Both the position numbers and the translations under genes were made by a program. A stretch of DNA of 64,000 nucleotides from Acidimicrobiia bacterium. Its GTDB lineage: Bacteria; Actinomycetota; Acidimicrobiia; Spongiisociales; ZC4RG35. The notes under the pieces were generated by a model, which saw only the letters and a program-made list of their open reading frames with translations, did not search any database and was not told the origin of the DNA. Location of the stretch: the NCBI GenBank assembly GCA_028285585.1, contig JANQOU010000008.1, positions 200,760 to 264,759 of the forward strand, given 5' to 3'. Every line of letters starts with the position of its first letter. Position 1 is the stretch's first letter. Shown piece by piece: positions 29,812-39,635 of this stretch.

Positions 29812-30393
29812 CTACAAGTCGCGCCGCCGCATCGTCCTATCGGCTGCGTACCAAACGACACGAGAATTCTTCCAGATGCGTTCGCCACAAAAGACCATTC
29901 CCGCCTTCGAGATGACACGTCGAGCCGCACGATTGGAATCCGAGGTGACCGCTATGACCGTGTCAAGGCTGGAACAGGCGAAGACTCTCTCGACAACCGC
30001 GAAGACACCCTCAGTAGCCAGCCCGCGACCCCAATGCAGTGGCGATAGTTTGAAAGCTACCTCCCATCGATGTTGACCGGGCCAGTCGTCTAGGTAGTCC
30101 AGACCAATGTGGCCCACCCATGCGCCTGATCCGGTTTCGAAGGCACCCCATGGACCTGCCCCTTTCTTAGTCCACAAGTCGCAGTACCTATCAGAGATCA
30201 GCGTCGCCTCTTGAACCGTAAAACCACGACCCCCAGAAATGTACCGGACGACGCGAGGGTCCGAGACCAGATCGATGAACCGCTGAGCAAACTCAGGGCC
30301 CCACCTGACCAGCCGTAGTCGGTCAGTCTCGAAAGCCCTTGGCAGCTCGAAGCGGACTTGGGCAGTCTGCTCAGGGTGTGAGTTCACTGTCAT
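29812..30393 (-). CDS. GNAT-family N-acetyltransferase (RimJ/RimL-like)
   Basis: Acetyl-CoA-binding segment …WGRGLATEG… and GNAT fold length. ATGA overlap with the S41 peptidase stop. Confidence 0.7.
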   Translation of the reverse strand: MTVNSHPEQTAQVRFELPRAFETDRLRLVRWGPEFAQRFIDLVSDPRVVRYISGGRGFTVQEATLISDRYCDLWTKKGAGPWGAFETGSGAWVGHIGLDYLDDWPGQHRWEVAFKLSPLHWGRGLATEGVFAVVERVFACSSLDTVIAVTSDSNRAARRVISKAGMVFCGERIWKNSRVVWYAADRTMRRRDL

Positions 30394-31583
30394 CTGCTGA
30401 CCGCCGCACAGCTCTCGTACGTGCCCAGCGACACAACCCACTTCGCGGCTTCGTCCAACACCTCGTCGACGTCATCGAAAGGAAAGAGGTCGACCACTCT
30501 CTCATCTGGTTCGATCGGCCCGATGTAGGCGATGCCGTTTCGGTCATGTGGAACGCTGTTGGCTACCTGCAGCGATCCACCGTCAGCGAACTGAAACAAG
30601 CGAACTCCAGTAGGCAAGCCTCTGGTTCGGGATCCAAACGTACGAGTGTCTTGCCGACCACTGAAGCTGATTGCGAGCGCCTCGCCCGCGCTCGCTGTCT
30701 GGTTCCCCACTAATAGTGCAACTGGAGCGTGAGGACTCTTAACTCCTGCAGGTTCCGTGAGAGCAGCCTCCACGACCTCCGGCTCCAGGGTCGTTGGTAC
30801 GACATATGTCGTACCGGCCGGTGGAGGAACAGTTGTTGCGATTTCATCTAGGGACAGGCCGTTGATCGCCAAGCCTCCATTCTCGACTGACCATTGAAGC
30901 TCTATCTCGTTCCCGACATAACCAATGAACGTCTCTCCGTCCTCGGCAAGCAGCTTGCTCAACCCCTGAGCCATGATGGGCAGAGAACCTCCTTCGTTGG
31001 TTCGGAGGTCCAATACCCATCCACAGATCTCCCCACTCTCCTCGAGGCCCCGCACTAGGTCAGCCAGTTGTGACGGATACGAAGGAGTGGCCACGCGACT
31101 GAGCTGGGTCGTCCCTGGAAGGGTCAGGTATCCAAGTGAGCCCGAGTCGAGAAGGCTACCCATCGGGAGGTCAGTGAGTGATGCCGCACTCGACTCCCCC
31201 GGGCTTGTGGACACGGGTCTTCGGAATCTGGTGTGCCCATCGTCGAGCTTCTCAATCGCCATATCGATACTCAGATACGCTTCGCCGCTACGCGGGTGCT
31301 CACTCAGTCGGGAGAGTGACATTTCGCGTACAGCTTGCCAATCGATGTCGGTCGTTCTCCAGAACTCGCTCTCCAGCAGGCGGATGGCATCGTCCACGTA
31401 GATGGTGTAGTCGATGTCCGCATGCACCGAGGTTGAGGAAGGGGATGGAACGGAACCCACATTGACACCTTTGGAACAGCCTGCAAGCGCGACGCCCAAG
31501 ACGAGGATCGTCGTCGCAAAGACGGCTGTTTCTCTAGCCCAGAGTCGTTGCCTACGGTGCATGTTGTTTCTGGGGCGGTTCAT
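30390..31583 (-). CDS. S41-family peptidase (C-terminal processing/tail-specific protease-like) lipoprotein
   Basis: Lipobox LAGCS and S41 motifs …LDLRTNEGG… and …TASAGEA…. Confidence 0.75.
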   Translation of the reverse strand: MNRPRNNMHRRQRLWARETAVFATTILVLGVALAGCSKGVNVGSVPSPSSTSVHADIDYTIYVDDAIRLLESEFWRTTDIDWQAVREMSLSRLSEHPRSGEAYLSIDMAIEKLDDGHTRFRRPVSTSPGESSAASLTDLPMGSLLDSGSLGYLTLPGTTQLSRVATPSYPSQLADLVRGLEESGEICGWVLDLRTNEGGSLPIMAQGLSKLLAEDGETFIGYVGNEIELQWSVENGGLAINGLSLDEIATTVPPPAGTTYVVPTTLEPEVVEAALTEPAGVKSPHAPVALLVGNQTASAGEALAISFSGRQDTRTFGSRTRGLPTGVRLFQFADGGSLQVANSVPHDRNGIAYIGPIEPDERVVDLFPFDDVDEVLDEAAKWVVSLGTYESCAAVSR

Positions 31584-31799
31584 CGCCAGCCTTGGAGCCG
31601 CGCCAGCGTCGTGTACATACCGTCGGCGCGAAACAGCTCGTCGTGCGTGCCTCGTTCCACTATTGCACCGTTGTCGAGCACGAGGATCTGGTCAGCCCTT
31701 CGAATGGTTGGGAAACGGTGAGAGAGCACCTCGTAGAAAATGGGGTGCTCAGAAGATGGCGCTCGTGGGTCGTGTGTGGGGTGGCGGACCGTAGCCATC
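31580..31799 (-). pseudogene. 3' remnant of an ABC exporter ATPase gene (last ~50 aa only)
   Basis: The translation ends …[44 protein letters not shown], which is the H-loop-to-C-terminus of MsbA-type ABC ATPases. There is no Walker A, Walker B or transmembrane domain upstream. The annotated ORF would otherwise run through the tRNA. Confidence 0.6.
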
Positions 31800-31853
31800 G
31801 CCGAAATCGGTAAATAGGACGCGCTAAGAAATGGCTCTGACCAGGGCAAACAG

Positions 31854-31927
31854 TGGAGCTGACGGGATTTGAACCCGTGACCCCCTCGTTGCGAACGAGG
31901 TGCTCTGCCAGGCTGAGCTACAGCCCC
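31854..31927 (-). tRNA. tRNA-Ala (anticodon CGC)
   Basis: Folded by hand. Acceptor stem GGGGCTG/CAGCTCC with the G3:U70 Ala identity pair and discriminator A. D-stem GCTC/GAGC. Anticodon stem CCTCG/CGAGG with loop TTCGCAA. T-arm ACGGG-TTCAAAT-CCCGT. No encoded CCA. Confidence 0.9.
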
Positions 31928-31959
31928 TTGCGGGATCGTGGATTCTACTGAGCAACGAA

Positions 31960-32070
31960 CCTGAGGCGATTTGGACCGTATCTGGGCCGGTGCCCTGAAA
32001 GGGCGTGGAGTTTCTGGAAGAAACTCCAACCTGATTTCATCAGGCATTACCTGAGGTTGGTAGAGGGGGG
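31960..32070. repeat. Partial copies of the same repeat family next to tRNA-Ala
   Basis: CCTGAGGCGATTTGGACCGTATCTGGGCCG is the reverse complement of the 62.3-kb unit. ATTACCTGAGGTTGGTAGAGGGGGG is a direct copy of the 62328-62355 arm. It overlaps the translin-gene stop and precedes two small hairpins (CCTGAT…ATCAGG, GGAGTTTC…GAAACTCC). Confidence 0.65.
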
Positions 32071-32673
32071 TTGGCGGAGGTCGGTGCGGAGGCGTTCTTG
32101 GACGATGGTCGCGGTCAGATCCGACCTGGAGCGCTCGACCAGGGAACGCGAGACATCGGTGGTGCGGCGAAGGCCGCTGGTCATCCCGTCTGGGTAGTCG
32201 ACAGTCGCCAGGCTGTCGACGATCTCGTCCATGTGGTCGAGCAGCGCCTCAGCCTCCTCGAGCTTCTCGTCGCGCAGCATGTCGAGCATCCGCCTACGCA
32301 TCTCCCCCACCGCCTCACCGAGCCCGTGCAGGTACGGCACCGGGTCCATGGACAGGTCCTCGAAGCCGGGGATGTCCTTCTCGAGGAACACAGCCTGGGT
32401 GATCCTGGCCTCGGCGTACTCCTTGGCGGCGTCGCTGACGAACCCGGCACCCGCCAGCTCGGGCTGGCCCTCCAAAGCTGCCCTGATATCGGACAACTCC
32501 TGTTCGGCAACGCCGATCAGTCTTTCGGCCTCCTCCCACTCTGAGCGATGCAGCGCCCTGATCGCGTTGGCGGAGGACCGAATCACCTTCCTCGATCCGG
32601 TGATTCCCTTCTCACGCGCGGCGAAGCGAGCGTCGAGGATTGTTCGAATCTCGTCCAGGGAGCCTGGATTCAA
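32047..32673 (-). CDS. Translin-family protein
   Basis: All-helical ~200-aa protein with the …[14 protein letters not shown]… segment resembling the conserved translin Y..G..D..GEL.R region. Confidence 0.5.
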   Translation of the reverse strand: MNPGSLDEIRTILDARFAAREKGITGSRKVIRSSANAIRALHRSEWEEAERLIGVAEQELSDIRAALEGQPELAGAGFVSDAAKEYAEARITQAVFLEKDIPGFEDLSMDPVPYLHGLGEAVGEMRRRMLDMLRDEKLEEAEALLDHMDEIVDSLATVDYPDGMTSGLRRTTDVSRSLVERSRSDLTATIVQERLRTDLRQPPSTNLR

Positions 32674-33107
32674 TTAGCGATGACCCGGATCTGAGGCTCC
32701 TCCCACTCGGAGGGGCGCTCAGCCACATGTGTGACCTTCATCTGAAGGTTGCGGCGCTGATTCATCTGAGCCAGCAGCATCAGATACAGCGCAGTGAGCG
32801 AGACGAAGAAGGCACCAGTGAGCAGCAGCGGCAGAGAATTCACATACCAGGCACCGACGAGGCTGACTGTGGCCAGGCCGCCCAAGATGAACAAGGCCCG
32901 CCTGCGGCGGTACTGGATCACGTCGCGACGGCTGGAGGCGAGATCGGATGCCGTCCGCTTCTGAACGTAGGCCATGGAGTGGGTCCAACGATCAAACTCC
33001 TCGGTTGAGCCCATCGCCTCACGACGCTCACCGAAGAGTTGGGGCACGAGATAAACAGCCCAGACACCGGCAATCACCAGCAGGCCGACTATGACACTCG
33101 TTTCCAT
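32670..33107 (-). CDS. Hypothetical membrane protein (2-3 TM helices)
   Basis: Hydrophobic segments METSVIVGLLVIAGVWAVYLV and …LFILGGLATVSLVGAWYV… Start chosen at METSV. Confidence 0.5.
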   Translation of the reverse strand: METSVIVGLLVIAGVWAVYLVPQLFGERREAMGSTEEFDRWTHSMAYVQKRTASDLASSRRDVIQYRRRRALFILGGLATVSLVGAWYVNSLPLLLTGAFFVSLTALYLMLLAQMNQRRNLQMKVTHVAERPSEWEEPQIRVIAN

Positions 33108-33168
33108 GCTTCCTATTAGCTCCGTCCCACGTCGAGCGTAGTGGTGGCGACCACGCCCGATCAACGAC

Positions 33169-33645
33169 CTATGGCCGCAGCCATTCGCCCGATTTCCCAC
33201 CCGCTTTTTTGAGAAGGCGAACGGCCTCGATGATCACGTCCCTCTCGACGCTTTTGACCATGTCATAGACCGTCAGAGCGGCCGTCGAGACAGCAGTCAT
33301 AGCCTCCATCTCCACGCCGGTCTGGCCCGTAGTGGAAACGGTAGCGGTGATCTGCACGCCATGCGTACTCGGCTCGACCTTTACTTCGACGCCCGAGAGC
33401 GAAATCGGATGGCAAAGCGGGATCAGATCGGAGGTGCGTTTGGCGCCAGTGATGCCCGCCACACGAGCCACTGCCGCAGCGTCTCCCTTGGGAAGATCGC
33501 CCTGGAAGAACCGGTCGGCCAGCTCCGGTGACATGCGAACCAAGCCCTCGGCGACAGCGACCCGCTCGGTAATCGGCTTGTCACCAACATTCACCATGTG
33601 GACTTCGCCCTGATCGTTGAGGTGGGTGAGATCGCGGTCAGACAC
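33169..33645 (-). CDS. moaC: Cyclic pyranopterin monophosphate synthase MoaC
   Basis: LTHL…GE.HMVNV N terminus and a MoaC core (…DLIPLCHPI…). GTG start just after the moeA stop. Confidence 0.85.
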   Translation of the reverse strand: MSDRDLTHLNDQGEVHMVNVGDKPITERVAVAEGLVRMSPELADRFFQGDLPKGDAAAVARVAGITGAKRTSDLIPLCHPISLSGVEVKVEPSTHGVQITATVSTTGQTGVEMEAMTAVSTAALTVYDMVKSVERDVIIEAVRLLKKAGGKSGEWLRP

Positions 33646-34867
33646 CCTCGAGACCTCTCGTCTCCAGGGCGCGGAACAGCTCGAGAGTGACCGGCTTGCC
33701 TGGCTCGACATCGGCTACGCCCCTGGGCACAACCGCAAAGGCATCGGCGGCGGCCGCGCCGGAGAGAACGTTGGAAGCCTGGCTCCCCGTCGAGCGGGCA
33801 GCGAGAGCACCGTCTTCTTCGCTCAACTGGACCCTGACGAACACCGTCTTGGCGGGATCGGTCTCAAACCTCTCCCCTGCCACACCCTGAACCTGTGGCC
33901 GGAACAGACGACTCGCCCCCTGCATCGCGAGGAGAGCAGGGCGCACGAACTGCTCGAAGGAAACCGTCACTGACACCGGGTTCCCGGGCAGGCCGAAGAA
34001 GGGAGTGCCCCCCAACGAACCGAAGGCGAAAGGCTTGCCAGGCTTCATCGCAACCGACAAGAACTCAACCCCGGTGTCTTCGCGCAACACGAGCTTGGTC
34101 ACGTCGTAGTCACCCATCGAGACACCGCCAGTGGTGACGATCACATCCGTCTCCACCGCGGCTTGGCCAAGAGTGGCGCGCAAGGCGTCGGCATCGTCGG
34201 GGACGGTCCCGTAGTCGACCATCTCAACACCGACCTCGGCGAGGATCGCAGCCAGCATCGGGCGGTTGGAGTCTCGGATCTGCCCTGGTGCCAAGTCGCG
34301 GGTGGCGGCGGGCTGCAACTCGTCGCCGGTCGACATGAACCCAACCTTGGGTCGCTTCGAGACAACGGGAGTCACGGCACCAATCGTGGCCAGCACTCCG
34401 ATGTGCATCGGGCTCAACCGGTCGCCGGCCTGGAACACCGTCTGACCAGAGTGAACGTCACCGCCGGCAGGCCGCACATGAAGCCCCTGTCCTACGACTA
34501 CGGCAACAGTGACCGTGTCGTCCTCCACGGTGGTGTCCTCCACCCGGACCACCGTGTCGGCACCAGGCGGCATCGGAGCACCGGTCATGATCCTGATCGC
34601 CTCGCCCGGCCCGACTTCGCCGGAGGCAACAAAGCCGGCGGGCACGTCCTCGAGTATGGCAAGCACGGCACCGGCCTCCCTGACGTCGTCGCCCAAGACG
34701 GCGAAGCCGTCCATTGCGGAATTGTGGAACGGGGGCACATCCTCCGGTGCCGTCACCGGCTCGGCCAGCACCCGCCACAAGCCGTCGCGGTAGTCGATCT
34801 CCTCGGACCCGAGCCTGGGGACAGAAGACAGCACATGGCTGCGGACATCCTCGAGAGGGCGCATCAT
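33638..34867 (-). CDS. moeA: Molybdopterin molybdotransferase MoeA
   Basis: MoeA N-terminal …PPFHNSAMDGFAV… and a central MoCF_biosynth domain (…TTGGVSMGDYD…). Confidence 0.85.
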   Translation of the reverse strand: MMRPLEDVRSHVLSSVPRLGSEEIDYRDGLWRVLAEPVTAPEDVPPFHNSAMDGFAVLGDDVREAGAVLAILEDVPAGFVASGEVGPGEAIRIMTGAPMPPGADTVVRVEDTTVEDDTVTVAVVVGQGLHVRPAGGDVHSGQTVFQAGDRLSPMHIGVLATIGAVTPVVSKRPKVGFMSTGDELQPAATRDLAPGQIRDSNRPMLAAILAEVGVEMVDYGTVPDDADALRATLGQAAVETDVIVTTGGVSMGDYDVTKLVLREDTGVEFLSVAMKPGKPFAFGSLGGTPFFGLPGNPVSVTVSFEQFVRPALLAMQGASRLFRPQVQGVAGERFETDPAKTVFVRVQLSEEDGALAARSTGSQASNVLSGAAAADAFAVVPRGVADVEPGKPVTLELFRALETRGLEGV

Positions 34868-35643
34868 GAATCCACCCCTCTGGTGCCCAACTCTTGTGTC
34901 GCATGGACCAGGCCGGCCGGCGAGCCCACGTCGAGAAGATCGGTGTCCGCGATCCAGCCTTTGAGCCTTCCTCGCTTTCCCAACTCATCGATCGCGTCGG
35001 TGAGCTGAATCTCGCCCAGCGCTCCCGGGCTCGTCTTCTCCAAGATCGAGAACACCTCGGGTGTCAGCAGGTAGCGCCCGACCAGCCCGTAGTTCGACGG
35101 GGCGTTGTCCGGGCCGGGCTTCTCCACTGCTCCGCCCAGGTCCAGGTAACCGTCCTTCACGTCAGAGGTCGGCACCACAAACCCGTACTTGGTCAGGTAC
35201 TCGTCCGAATACTCCCGCAAGCACATCACCGAAGTCGCTCCGTCGTTGCTGCCCTCCGCCAGCGCCGGGAGTACGTCCTGACCGGGACGAACGATGTTGT
35301 CGGACAGCAAGCAGAAGAAGGGGCGGTCGGCAACCATCTCCGCCGCGGCGCTGACGGCGTGGCCCAGGCCCAGCGGTTCCTCTTGCACCACAGGGCGAAC
35401 CCGGATGTCTTCCAACCCCGGCAGCGGGCCTTCAATGGAGAAGTGCTGGGCCACGAGATGACCTGCGTCGAGGTCGACCACGACGATGGCTTCCTTGGCG
35501 CCGGCCCGGGCAGCCTCCTCCACCATGTACTGGATAGCCGGGCGGTCGACCACCGTGATCAGAGCCTTGGGCACAACCCGCGTCGCCGGACGCATCCGAG
35601 TCCCACGCCCGGCAGCAGGAATGACAGCCACGTCGATGCTCAC
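34864..35643 (-). CDS. galU: UTP--glucose-1-phosphate uridylyltransferase
   Basis: N terminus …AVIPAAGRGTRMRPATRVVPKAL… is the GalU nucleotide-binding motif. GTG start at 35643 in a GTGA overlap with the plsY stop. Confidence 0.8.
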   Translation of the reverse strand: MSIDVAVIPAAGRGTRMRPATRVVPKALITVVDRPAIQYMVEEAARAGAKEAIVVVDLDAGHLVAQHFSIEGPLPGLEDIRVRPVVQEEPLGLGHAVSAAAEMVADRPFFCLLSDNIVRPGQDVLPALAEGSNDGATSVMCLREYSDEYLTKYGFVVPTSDVKDGYLDLGGAVEKPGPDNAPSNYGLVGRYLLTPEVFSILEKTSPGALGEIQLTDAIDELGKRGRLKGWIADTDLLDVGSPAGLVHATQELGTRGVDS

Positions 35644-36233
35644 GCGACGACTTTCTGCTCGTCTCCCCTGACCATCCGCTGAATGTTGCCCTTGTGTCGG
35701 AACACGACCAAGGCGATGGTCGCCAACAGCCAAGCCCAGGAGACACCCTCCACCCCTTGCCACCAGGCCAGCGGGATGGTCACTGCGACGGCTGCCATCG
35801 AAGCGACCGAAGCGGTGCGGGTGAGCCGTGTCAGCAACGCCCAAACGGCACCGGTGATGAGTGCGACCAGAGGCAAAGCGAAGATCAGCACTCCGAGCCC
35901 GGTGGCGACGCCTTTGCCACCGCGGAACTTGTGGAAGATCGGATAGCAGTGGCCCACGACCGCCGCGAAGCCGGCTGCAAACACCCATGGCCCTAGAGCA
36001 TCCGGCGACCCGGAAGCGATGAGACCCATCGCGGCGCCAATGACACCCTTGACGGTGTCGCCGATCAGGACCATCACGGCCGGGCCCTTGCCCATCGTCC
36101 GGAGCACGTTGGAGGTCCCAGGGTTCCCACTGCCCACCTCGTGAATGTTGATCCCGTGCATCCGTCCGATGATCACGGCGAAGTCGACAGAGCCCACCAC
36201 ATAGGCAGCGAGGAGTCCGATGGCGAGAACCAT
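35640..36233 (-). CDS. plsY: Glycerol-3-phosphate acyltransferase PlsY
   Basis: PlsY motifs …GSGNPGTSNVLR… and …HCYPIFHKFRGGKGVAT…, with ~5 TM helices. Confidence 0.85.
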   Translation of the reverse strand: MVLAIGLLAAYVVGSVDFAVIIGRMHGINIHEVGSGNPGTSNVLRTMGKGPAVMVLIGDTVKGVIGAAMGLIASGSPDALGPWVFAAGFAAVVGHCYPIFHKFRGGKGVATGLGVLIFALPLVALITGAVWALLTRLTRTASVASMAAVAVTIPLAWWQGVEGVSWAWLLATIALVVFRHKGNIQRMVRGDEQKVVA

Positions 36234-36326
36234 TGCGCCGATCTTATTGGCTTGGCAAGGAATGGAAGAGGACGGGCCTCGGTTCTACAATCCGCCTGTC
36301 CACCTCACCCGAACGGTTGTTCAGCG

Positions 36327-36620
36327 ATGCCGACCTACGAATACGTTTGCAAGAAATGCGGTGAGAACTTCGATGTGCACCAGTCGTTCTCGGACAAACC
36401 GCTGAAGAAGCACGCCGATTGCGGCGGTGAACTGCAAAAGGTCTTCCACGCGCGCGGCATCGTCTTCAAAGGCGGGGGCTTCTATGCCACCGACTCCAAC
36501 GCCTCGACTCGCTCCGAGAAGAAGCCGGCAAAATCCGACGACAAGAAAACCGATAAGTCGGAGAAGAAGGCCAAACCGAAGGAGAAGGCCTCTAGCTCTA
36601 CCTCAACAGAGAAGAGCTGA
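36327..36620 (+). CDS. FmdB-family zinc-ribbon protein with a Lys-rich tail
   Basis: MPTYEYVCKKCGENF…CGGEL CxxC…CxxC zinc ribbon typical of the FmdB family. The ATG at 36327 is preferred over the upstream shadow start. Confidence 0.7.
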   Translation: MPTYEYVCKKCGENFDVHQSFSDKPLKKHADCGGELQKVFHARGIVFKGGGFYATDSNASTRSEKKPAKSDDKKTDKSEKKAKPKEKASSSTSTEKS

Positions 36621-36664
36621 CCAAGCCTCTACAAACCTGCGTCGCTGCCCCGTACCTTGGCGAC

Positions 36665-37180
36665 ATGCTGTGGTTGCAAGGCCCCAACTGGTCCAGGTGG
36701 GCCGTCGCCGCTCTCCTCATCGCCGGAAGTCTCTGGGTGGAGTTGCGACCGGCTGCGATGACAGAGCACCCCTTTGCCACGGTGGAGATCGTCCCGGGTG
36801 ATGAGATTGACACAAGCAACACGGAGTTTCGTCACGTACCCGTCGGCACCTTCCGCCCCATCGACGGGTCCTTCGCCAGCCGTCACATCGCGGCAGGAGA
36901 CCCGATCCTCGAGTCCGATGTCGACGAGACCAACCGATCGGTCCCGGCCGGGTGGTGGAGCGTCAGCACCGATGTCCCGCAGGGGGCCAGAGTCGGCGAC
37001 CCCGTCCAGGTGCTCGTCCTCTCCAGCGGCAGGAGTGTCGACGGTGTGGTGACCGCAGTCGAGCCCGACGATCCCTTCATCGGCGAAACCGGGGCAATCG
37101 CCGTCTCACCCCAACATGTAACCGAGGTGGCGATGGCGGCCGCCGAAGGCCAGATCGTGGTGCTTGTCGCCGCTCGCTGA
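36665..37180 (+). CDS. SAF-domain protein (CpaB/FlgA-like), membrane anchored
   Basis: N-terminal TM helix, and a gene position immediately after fmdB as is common in actinobacteria. The SAF-like β-rich C-terminus is a weak assignment. Confidence 0.55.
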   Translation: MLWLQGPNWSRWAVAALLIAGSLWVELRPAAMTEHPFATVEIVPGDEIDTSNTEFRHVPVGTFRPIDGSFASRHIAAGDPILESDVDETNRSVPAGWWSVSTDVPQGARVGDPVQVLVLSSGRSVDGVVTAVEPDDPFIGETGAIAVSPQHVTEVAMAAAEGQIVVLVAAR

Positions 37181-37213
37181 AGCCGCCGGAGGCGGTGGCG
37201 CTACCGTGGCCTC

Positions 37214-37987
37214 GTGCTTGCGGCCATCGTCTGGGGACTCGTCCAGGGGCTCACGGAGTTCCTCCCCATCTCCTCATCCGGCCATCTGGTCATCGTGCCC
37301 GCCTACCTCGAGAAGCTGGGCTTCGACATCGCACCGCCAAGCCTCGGGGTGTCCGCCGTGCTCCATCTGGGGACGCTGGCCGCGGTCCTCATCTACTTCC
37401 GTGACGACATTCTCAAGGCGCTTCGCCTCCGCACCGACCCCGAGGGGCGGAAGATCGCGCTGCTCGTCATCGTCGGTTCGGTGCCGGCGCTGATCGGCTT
37501 CCCGCTCCGTGACAGCCTCGACACCTTCCAGGACACCGTCTCCAACGTGGGTTTCGCCCTGGTGGCAACCGGGCTCGTCCTGCTGATCGGGCAACGCGTT
37601 GCGATCGGGATGCGAAGGCTGACGGACGGCCGGCTGAGCGACGCTGTCTGGGTCGGCCTGGCCCAAGCACTTGCTCTGATCCCGGGGATCTCGCGGTCAG
37701 GGATGACGATCACAGCTGGCGGCGCACGCGGATTCGAGCCGACAGAAGCAGTCCGCTACTCCTTCCTGCTCGGCATCCCCGCTGTCGCCGGAGCAGGCCT
37801 CCTCTCTCTTCCCGAGTTGGTCGACTCGGGTGAGTTCGGCTTGGAGATGATCGTGGCGATGGTGATGGCGGCCATCTCTGGCTACGTGGCAATCCGCTGG
37901 GTGTTCGCCGCGGTCAGAGGCTCCGGGTTGACCCCGTTCGCGATCTACTGCCTTGCCGTAGGCGCATTGACAGCCGTGATCTTCTGA
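37214..37987 (+). CDS. uppP: Undecaprenyl-diphosphatase
   Basis: BacA/UppP motifs …GLTEFLPISSSGHL… and …PGISRSGMTI…. Confidence 0.85.
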   Translation: MLAAIVWGLVQGLTEFLPISSSGHLVIVPAYLEKLGFDIAPPSLGVSAVLHLGTLAAVLIYFRDDILKALRLRTDPEGRKIALLVIVGSVPALIGFPLRDSLDTFQDTVSNVGFALVATGLVLLIGQRVAIGMRRLTDGRLSDAVWVGLAQALALIPGISRSGMTITAGGARGFEPTEAVRYSFLLGIPAVAGAGLLSLPELVDSGEFGLEMIVAMVMAAISGYVAIRWVFAAVRGSGLTPFAIYCLAVGALTAVIF

Positions 37988-38003
37988 AGAGGAAACGCGA
38001 CTC

Positions 38004-39635
38004 TTACTGGCTGTAGTTGGACGACATCCTCATCGTCTCGGCGATGTGGACATTGACCAAGGCTGGGAGGCCCGACGCCTTCGCACGTTCCAACGCGGGA
38101 CGGATCTCGTCGGGGTCATCGACGGACTCGCCGTAGCCGCCGAGGCCCTCGACCATCTTGTGATAGGGGCGGACACCGAGGTCCGTGGCGACTAGTCGGT
38201 CCGGGTATGCCATGCGATGGAACGTCTTGATGTTCGACCAGACCCCGTCGTTGCCGACCACGCCGATGATGGGCAGTCCCAGCCGGACCATGGTGTCGTA
38301 CTCCATCCCGTTGAAGCCGAAGCCGCCGTCGCCGAAAACGACACCCACCGTCTTATCGGGGTGGGCCACCTGGGCGGCAATCGCATAGGGAGCCCCGGTG
38401 CCCAGCGTGCCGAAGGGCCCTGGATCGAGCACATGACCCGCCGTTGAAGTCTGGAGCCATCGGGCGGTCGTGGAGACGATGTCACCCCCGTCCACTGAGA
38501 CGACGGAATCGGGACCGAAGAACGCGGCGACCTCTTTGGCGAACCGTTGCGGCATGACCGGCGAGGAGTTGTCGTCGGCCTCGGCAGCTGCGGCTTCTGC
38601 CTTCTCTGCCTCGCCGTCCATAATCTCCTTGGTCCAAACCGGTGTCTCGGTCCGGCGGAAACGATCGGCGTCGTCAACCAGCTGTGCCACCACCGTCATC
38701 GGGTCGGCGACCACCGCTATGTGGGCTGGGCGATTCCACCCGACCTTGGTGCCGTCGGCGTCGACTTGGATGACCGTCGCATCAGGGTTGATCTTCTCGC
38801 CGTACGAGGTGCGGAAGTCCCAATCCACCCCGAGTGCCAGCACGACATCGGCCTCACTCATGGCCCGCGACCGCTGATGCGACCCGAGAAGCGGGTGGCC
38901 ATGTGGCAGCGATCCCCGTGCCCGGCTGTTCACATATGTGGGTGCGTCCAGTGCCTCCGCCAGCTCAGTGAGCCGATTCGGCTCGTCCACGCGCGATCCG
39001 GCACCGGCGAACACCATCACTCGCTCCGACCCGGCCAGGGCTTCGACTATCTGATCCAAGGTGTCCCGGTCGGCACCGAAGCCGGACGACTGGCGATAGG
39101 CGGTGGGAAAACGGACCGCGGTCTCCTCGACCATGTCGAACTGGACGTCCATGGGCACGTCCAGAAACACCGGTCCGCCGCGCCCGTCGAAAGCATGTCT
39201 CACCGCAGTGGCGATGTAGTCGGCGAGGCGGTCGACCTGCCAAGCGGTGGCCGACCACTTGGTGATCGAGTGAAAGATGCGGGTGTGGTCCATCTCCTGA
39301 AGCCCGCCCTTCAACTCCTGGCGGATCAGGTGGCGGCCACCTAGGACGAGCATCGGGGTCGATCCATAGAAAGCGGTCGCAACACCGGTGACAGTGCCCG
39401 TGACACCTGGCCCGGCCGTGACCGCAGCCACGCCCAACCGTCCGGTCAACCGGGTGTAGGCCTCAGCAGCATGGGCCGCCGTCTGCTCGTGACGCACGTC
39501 GACGATGCGAATCCCCTCCTGAACGCAGCCGTCGAGGATGGGGAGGATGTGACCACCCGTCAGGGTGAAGAGAGCATCGACGCCTTCGTTCTTGAGGGCA
39601 CGAGCGATGATCTGCCCGCCATGTACCTGTGCCAT
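38004..39635 (-). CDS. Thiamine-pyrophosphate-dependent enzyme (acetolactate synthase large-subunit family)
   Basis: TPP-binding motif GDGGFGFNGMEYDT…N and N-terminal/central/C-terminal TPP-enzyme domain organisation. Confidence 0.8.
   Translation of the reverse strand: MAQVHGGQIIARALKNEGVDALFTLTGGHILPILDGCVQEGIRIVDVRHEQTAAHAAEAYTRLTGRLGVAAVTAGPGVTGTVTGVATAFYGSTPMLVLGGRHLIRQELKGGLQEMDHTRIFHSITKWSATAWQVDRLADYIATAVRHAFDGRGGPVFLDVPMDVQFDMVEETAVRFPTAYRQSSGFGADRDTLDQIVEALAGSERVMVFAGAGSRVDEPNRLTELAEALDAPTYVNSRARGSLPHGHPLLGSHQRSRAMSEADVVLALGVDWDFRTSYGEKINPDATVIQVDADGTKVGWNRPAHIAVVADPMTVVAQLVDDADRFRRTETPVWTKEIMDGEAEKAEAAAAEADDNSSPVMPQRFAKEVAAFFGPDSVVSVDGGDIVSTTARWLQTSTAGHVLDPGPFGTLGTGAPYAIAAQVAHPDKTVGVVFGDGGFGFNGMEYDTMVRLGLPIIGVVGNDGVWSNIKTFHRMAYPDRLVATDLGVRPYHKMVEGLGGYGESVDDPDEIRPALERAKASGLPALVNVHIAETMRMSSNYSQ

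Noticed and set aside
31800-32047. Upstream part of annotated ORF 31580-32047
   Set aside because: It runs straight through the tRNA-Ala gene on the same strand. Only the 3' ~220 nt carry the ABC ATPase C-terminal similarity, which is kept as a pseudogene fragment.
36250-36300. Possible sigma70-like promoter (TTGGCA … TACAAT) upstream of fmdB
   Set aside because: The spacer between the hexamers is ~28 nt, which is too long for a canonical -35/-10 pair. Left unannotated.
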